Both the position numbers and the translations under genes were made by a program. The notes beneath the pieces are model-generated. The model saw only the letters and a program-made list of their open reading frames with translations, had not been told where the DNA came from and made no database searches. DNA of 64,000 nucleotides from Lytechinus pictus (taxonomy: Eukaryota): NCBI RefSeq assembly GCF_037042905.1, contig NC_087252.1:22570001-22634000 (forward strand). The letters are read 5' to 3'. Positions within the stretch are counted from its first letter, which is position 1. Every line of letters starts with the position of its first letter. Shown here in pieces: positions 60,765 to 64,000 of this stretch.

Positions 60765-61693
60765 CCGTGTGGAGTAAAAGAATATTGACACCTAACAAAT
60801 CCCCAAGTTAAGGAGAAAATATGTCATGAACACATAAGATTATATATGGCCTGAAAGAGTGCACTGTTAGAAAATGTATCCTTAAGATAAAAGAAGTTCC
60901 TGCAGCAGTGTCTCGAGAACACTTGTAATCTTACCAGACTGCGTAATCTTACAGGAAATTGGTATTTGGTGTATGGAATCTTACAAATTTCCTTAAAGAA
61001 AACACAATTTTCCCCGTTTTAAACAGACCTGTTCTGTTAAATTGCAGAAAAATTCCTGTTTTATGAATTTACAGAATGATTCTGTTATTGCTTTCTGCAA
61101 AATCTTCTCTTTTTTCTGTAAAATCACGTTTTTCAACAGTGTGTGCCGTCCCAAATAATTTGATACCATATTAATGTGGTATGTGTTATAGCTTGGATGA
61201 TCAGAAGGTATTCGTTTCAGTGATGTAAATGTTGATTTGCGCCAATTAAAATAAGGCATCGTGGCTGCAATGAATGAATCCATATGTCAATGATGTCACA
61301 ATTCTACAACGGTTGTATTGAAATCCATATCAAAACACCTTTTCAATGATTTACATTATGATTGTTTAATAAACAGTTTTTAGTATCAATTGTCAAGTTA
61401 TTTTAATTGAAAGGGGATTTACAAATATGTTTGCTAACCCATGTAGGATTATCACATCATTGGCATCTGGATTCATTCATTGCAGTCATGCCTTACTTTG
61501 GCGCAAATCAAAATTTACAACGATGCAAAGATTACCTTCTGATCATCCAAGCGTTACTCACAAAATACATTAATATGGTATCAAATATTTGGGAGAGCAT
61601 ACCCTTTCAGGCCATATTATAATCTTATGTGTTCATGACATATTTTTTCCTTAACTTGGGGATTTGCGTGTCAATATTTTTTTACTCACACGG
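60765..61693. mobile_element. Foldback element (family of 34780-35609) with a CAC-terminal MITE nested at about 60863-61143
   Basis: CCGTGTGGAGTAAAA..TTTTACTCACACGG; arms inverted once the CACTGTTAG..CAACAGTG insert is removed. Confidence 0.75.
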
Positions 61694-61723
61694 TTTATAA
61701 TGGAAATGTGGGAGACCGCTTAT

Positions 61724-61759
<36 letters not shown>

Positions 61760-61962
61760 CCATTGTTTTCTTCATCCATTTCTTTCACACAATATATCTA
61801 ATCAAAAATTTCCAAGTATATTACTATTTTAATTAGAATAATGTTCGGTATGATAATCACTATGATGGAAATATTTGCTTATTGTTATGTAATGTGGAAA
61901 ACTTATTATACATGTATATTTTTGTTTAATAATGTTATGTGGAAATAAATGGAAGTAGAATA

Positions 61963-62067
61963 TCAGTCTCTTAGTTCTTCGCCATGATCTTCTATTTGGT
62001 AAGCTTCGTTTATAACTGCCTCCAGTTCATTCTTGCTCTTCTGTTTATTAAGACCATCATCCTTCGT
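61963..62067 (-). CDS. Probable last exon of a second SLCO paralog
   Basis: CGTAG| TKDDGLNKQKSKNELEAVINEAYQIEDHGEELRD*; phase 0, downstream of the paralogous exon; acceptor context is weak. Confidence 0.45.
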   Translation of the reverse strand, partial: TKDDGLNKQKSKNELEAVINEAYQIEDHGEELRD

Positions 62068-62344
62068 CTACGTTTTTTTTTTTTGAAACAGAGAAGAAGG
62101 TTATTAACATGGATAAAAAATAGCACCTAAATCTATTTTGAAAAACCACTTGAGAGACTTGAAACAACAATCCAGTGCCTTGTCAGGGAGGAGCGAGAGG
62201 CATATACTATATGGGCCACGAAATTTGGAAATGTGATGGGGCAAAAGAGGGGGCAGAACAACTATTGAAAAGTTAGATCTTACGAACAAGTTAGAACGAA
62301 TCAAGAAGCCACTTGTGTCAAAAATTTGAAGGGGTTTCAGCGTG

Positions 62345-63420
62345 GCGTCTGCCCATGAAATTGGATGACATCTTTTTCATAGAAACCATCTAAGGACCAC
62401 CACCTTAATCACCACCATTATCAACATTACCCATAAAACCTTCACAATTATCACCATTGTAAAGGCATCACCATCAACATTTTTATTTGTCATCGCTACC
62501 ATTACTACCATCACCATTATCAACATTACCATTATCACCATAATCTTCACCACCATCACCATGATCACATTATTATAGCCGTCAGTGATCAACATTACCA
62601 CCTGTACCGTCATCACCATACCCTAAAATGTCATCACCATCACTGCCATTACCACCATATGATCATCGTCATTACCATCACCATCATGATGATCATCACC
62701 TGGGATCATCAACACTCCCATCATCATCTCCGCTATCACCACCAGTTCCATCATCGTCATTATCATCATCCTCGTCATTTCCATAACCACCATTCACAGG
62801 GATGTCAGCTTAGCGTCTGCCCATGACATTGGATGACATCTTTTTCATAGAAGCCATCTCAGGACCACCACCTTAATCACCACCATTACCAACATTACCC
62901 ATAAAACCTTCACAATTATCACCATTGTAAAGGCATCACCATCAACATTTTTATTTGTCATCGCTACCATTACTACCATCACCATTATCAACATTACCAT
63001 TATCACCATAATCTTCACCACCATCACCATGATCACATTATTATCGCCGTCAGTGATCAACATTACCACCTGTACCGTCATCACCATACCCTAAAACGTC
63101 ATCACCATCACTGCCATTACCACCATATGATCATCGTCATTACCATCACCATCATGATGATCATCACACGGAATCGTCACCACTCCAATCATCACCTCCG
63201 CTATCACCACCAGTTCCATCATCGTCATTTTCATCATCCCACGGAATCGTCACCACTCCAATCATCACCTCCGCTATCACCACCAGTTCCATCATCGTCA
63301 TTTTCATCATCCCGTCATTTTCCATAACCACCATTACCCTTACATTTCCATGGCCGTTAGTCACGCTCATCCTCAAAATTATCATTAGCGTCACCACCAC
63401 CATCACCACTAGCGTCATCG
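62345..63420. repeat. (CAT/CAC)-rich tract with a 468-bp tandem duplication
   Basis: GCGTCTGCCCATGA.. at about 62345 and 62813; near-identical ORFs 62377-62619 and 62845-63087; further about 73-bp duplication near 63168-63313. Confidence 0.9.
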
Positions 63421-63432
63421 CTGTGTCCTCAC

Positions 63433-63640
63433 CCGTAGCTTTTCCTTGATAGAGAAATACATGCAGGTTACACACAGAACGGCAACACCCTGTAGAGCCA
63501 TGGCGGTACCAAAGTATAGGACATCCTGTATCGCTTGTTATCGTACACCCAGCAAGAACCCCTGTCGCCATCACTCATCTGCCAGTGGATGCATACCGAA
63601 TTGATAAAGGCGCCAAAATAGATCGGAGCAAGGAAGAATC
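63433..63640 (-). pseudogene. SLCO: Penultimate exon of a tandem SLCO paralog with a 2-bp frameshift (rest of the gene presumably beyond the window end)
   Basis: GFFLAPIYFGAFINSVCIHW..GSCWVYDN; same splice boundaries as 38684-38479 but 208 bp instead of 206. Confidence 0.8.
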
Positions 63641-64000
63641 CTGTGTTGAACGAAGCATGCGCGTTAGAATAAAGAGTAAAGAATTTCTATCTCCTTCAGC
63701 AGTTTTACTTTAGGGTCGGCAATGCTGCTAAATAAAGTTTTGTTGGAATTCTCCTCCAATCATTCCATTTACAAAAAAAATATAATCTGAAGAAATCCTT
63801 CCCAGGGTCTGAGGTGCGCACTCATTTTTCCTACGACCCTTTCTTCCTATTTTCTTATATTGTACACAGCAAAAACTGTGGTGTTAACCGGTGTATACAG
63901 AGGACCACATCAGTTATTTTACACTGATGTTAAATTGACAGTGTTAGTTTAACACCTATGGGTGTACACCTTTGGTTGTTACATTTACACTCTTTGGTGT

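Overview
AT-rich, intron-containing animal genomic DNA. The repeat landscape and gene style suggest an echinoderm (sea urchin), which is an inference. Genes, all on the minus strand: (1) a two-coding-exon C2H2 zinc-finger/AT-hook gene (25415-24059 + 22591-21060, about 962 aa, 10 fingers, internal 19-aa tandem repeat, uORF-rich predicted leader); (2) a complete 10-coding-exon SLCO/OATP transporter gene (46836-37574, about 767 aa, all splice phases consistent); (3) the last two exons of a tandem SLCO paralog (63640-61963) carrying a 2-bp frameshift. Most of the rest is transposon-derived. The most striking structure is one tRNA-derived SINE split into three pieces by two large non-autonomous DNA elements: a Sola2-like element (6851-10208, 4-bp TSD, 8 internal GTTACGGAAGTTAA-type motifs) and an Academ-like element (10409-17163, TAG..CTA ends, 3-bp TSD, about 1.35-kb TIRs) that carries an LTR-less Gypsy gag-pol fragment. 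A decayed CR1-group LINE (about 48.2-53.0 kb) is interrupted by a poly(A) retro-insert with an 11-bp TSD and by a TTAA MITE. There are many MITEs with hAT-, Kolobok-, piggyBac-, Tc1/mariner- and Harbinger-like ends. I see no CRISPR array, rRNA or convincing true tRNA gene, and no clearly new protein-coding system. Superfamily labels rest on termini and TSD rules only, and all alignments were made by eye.
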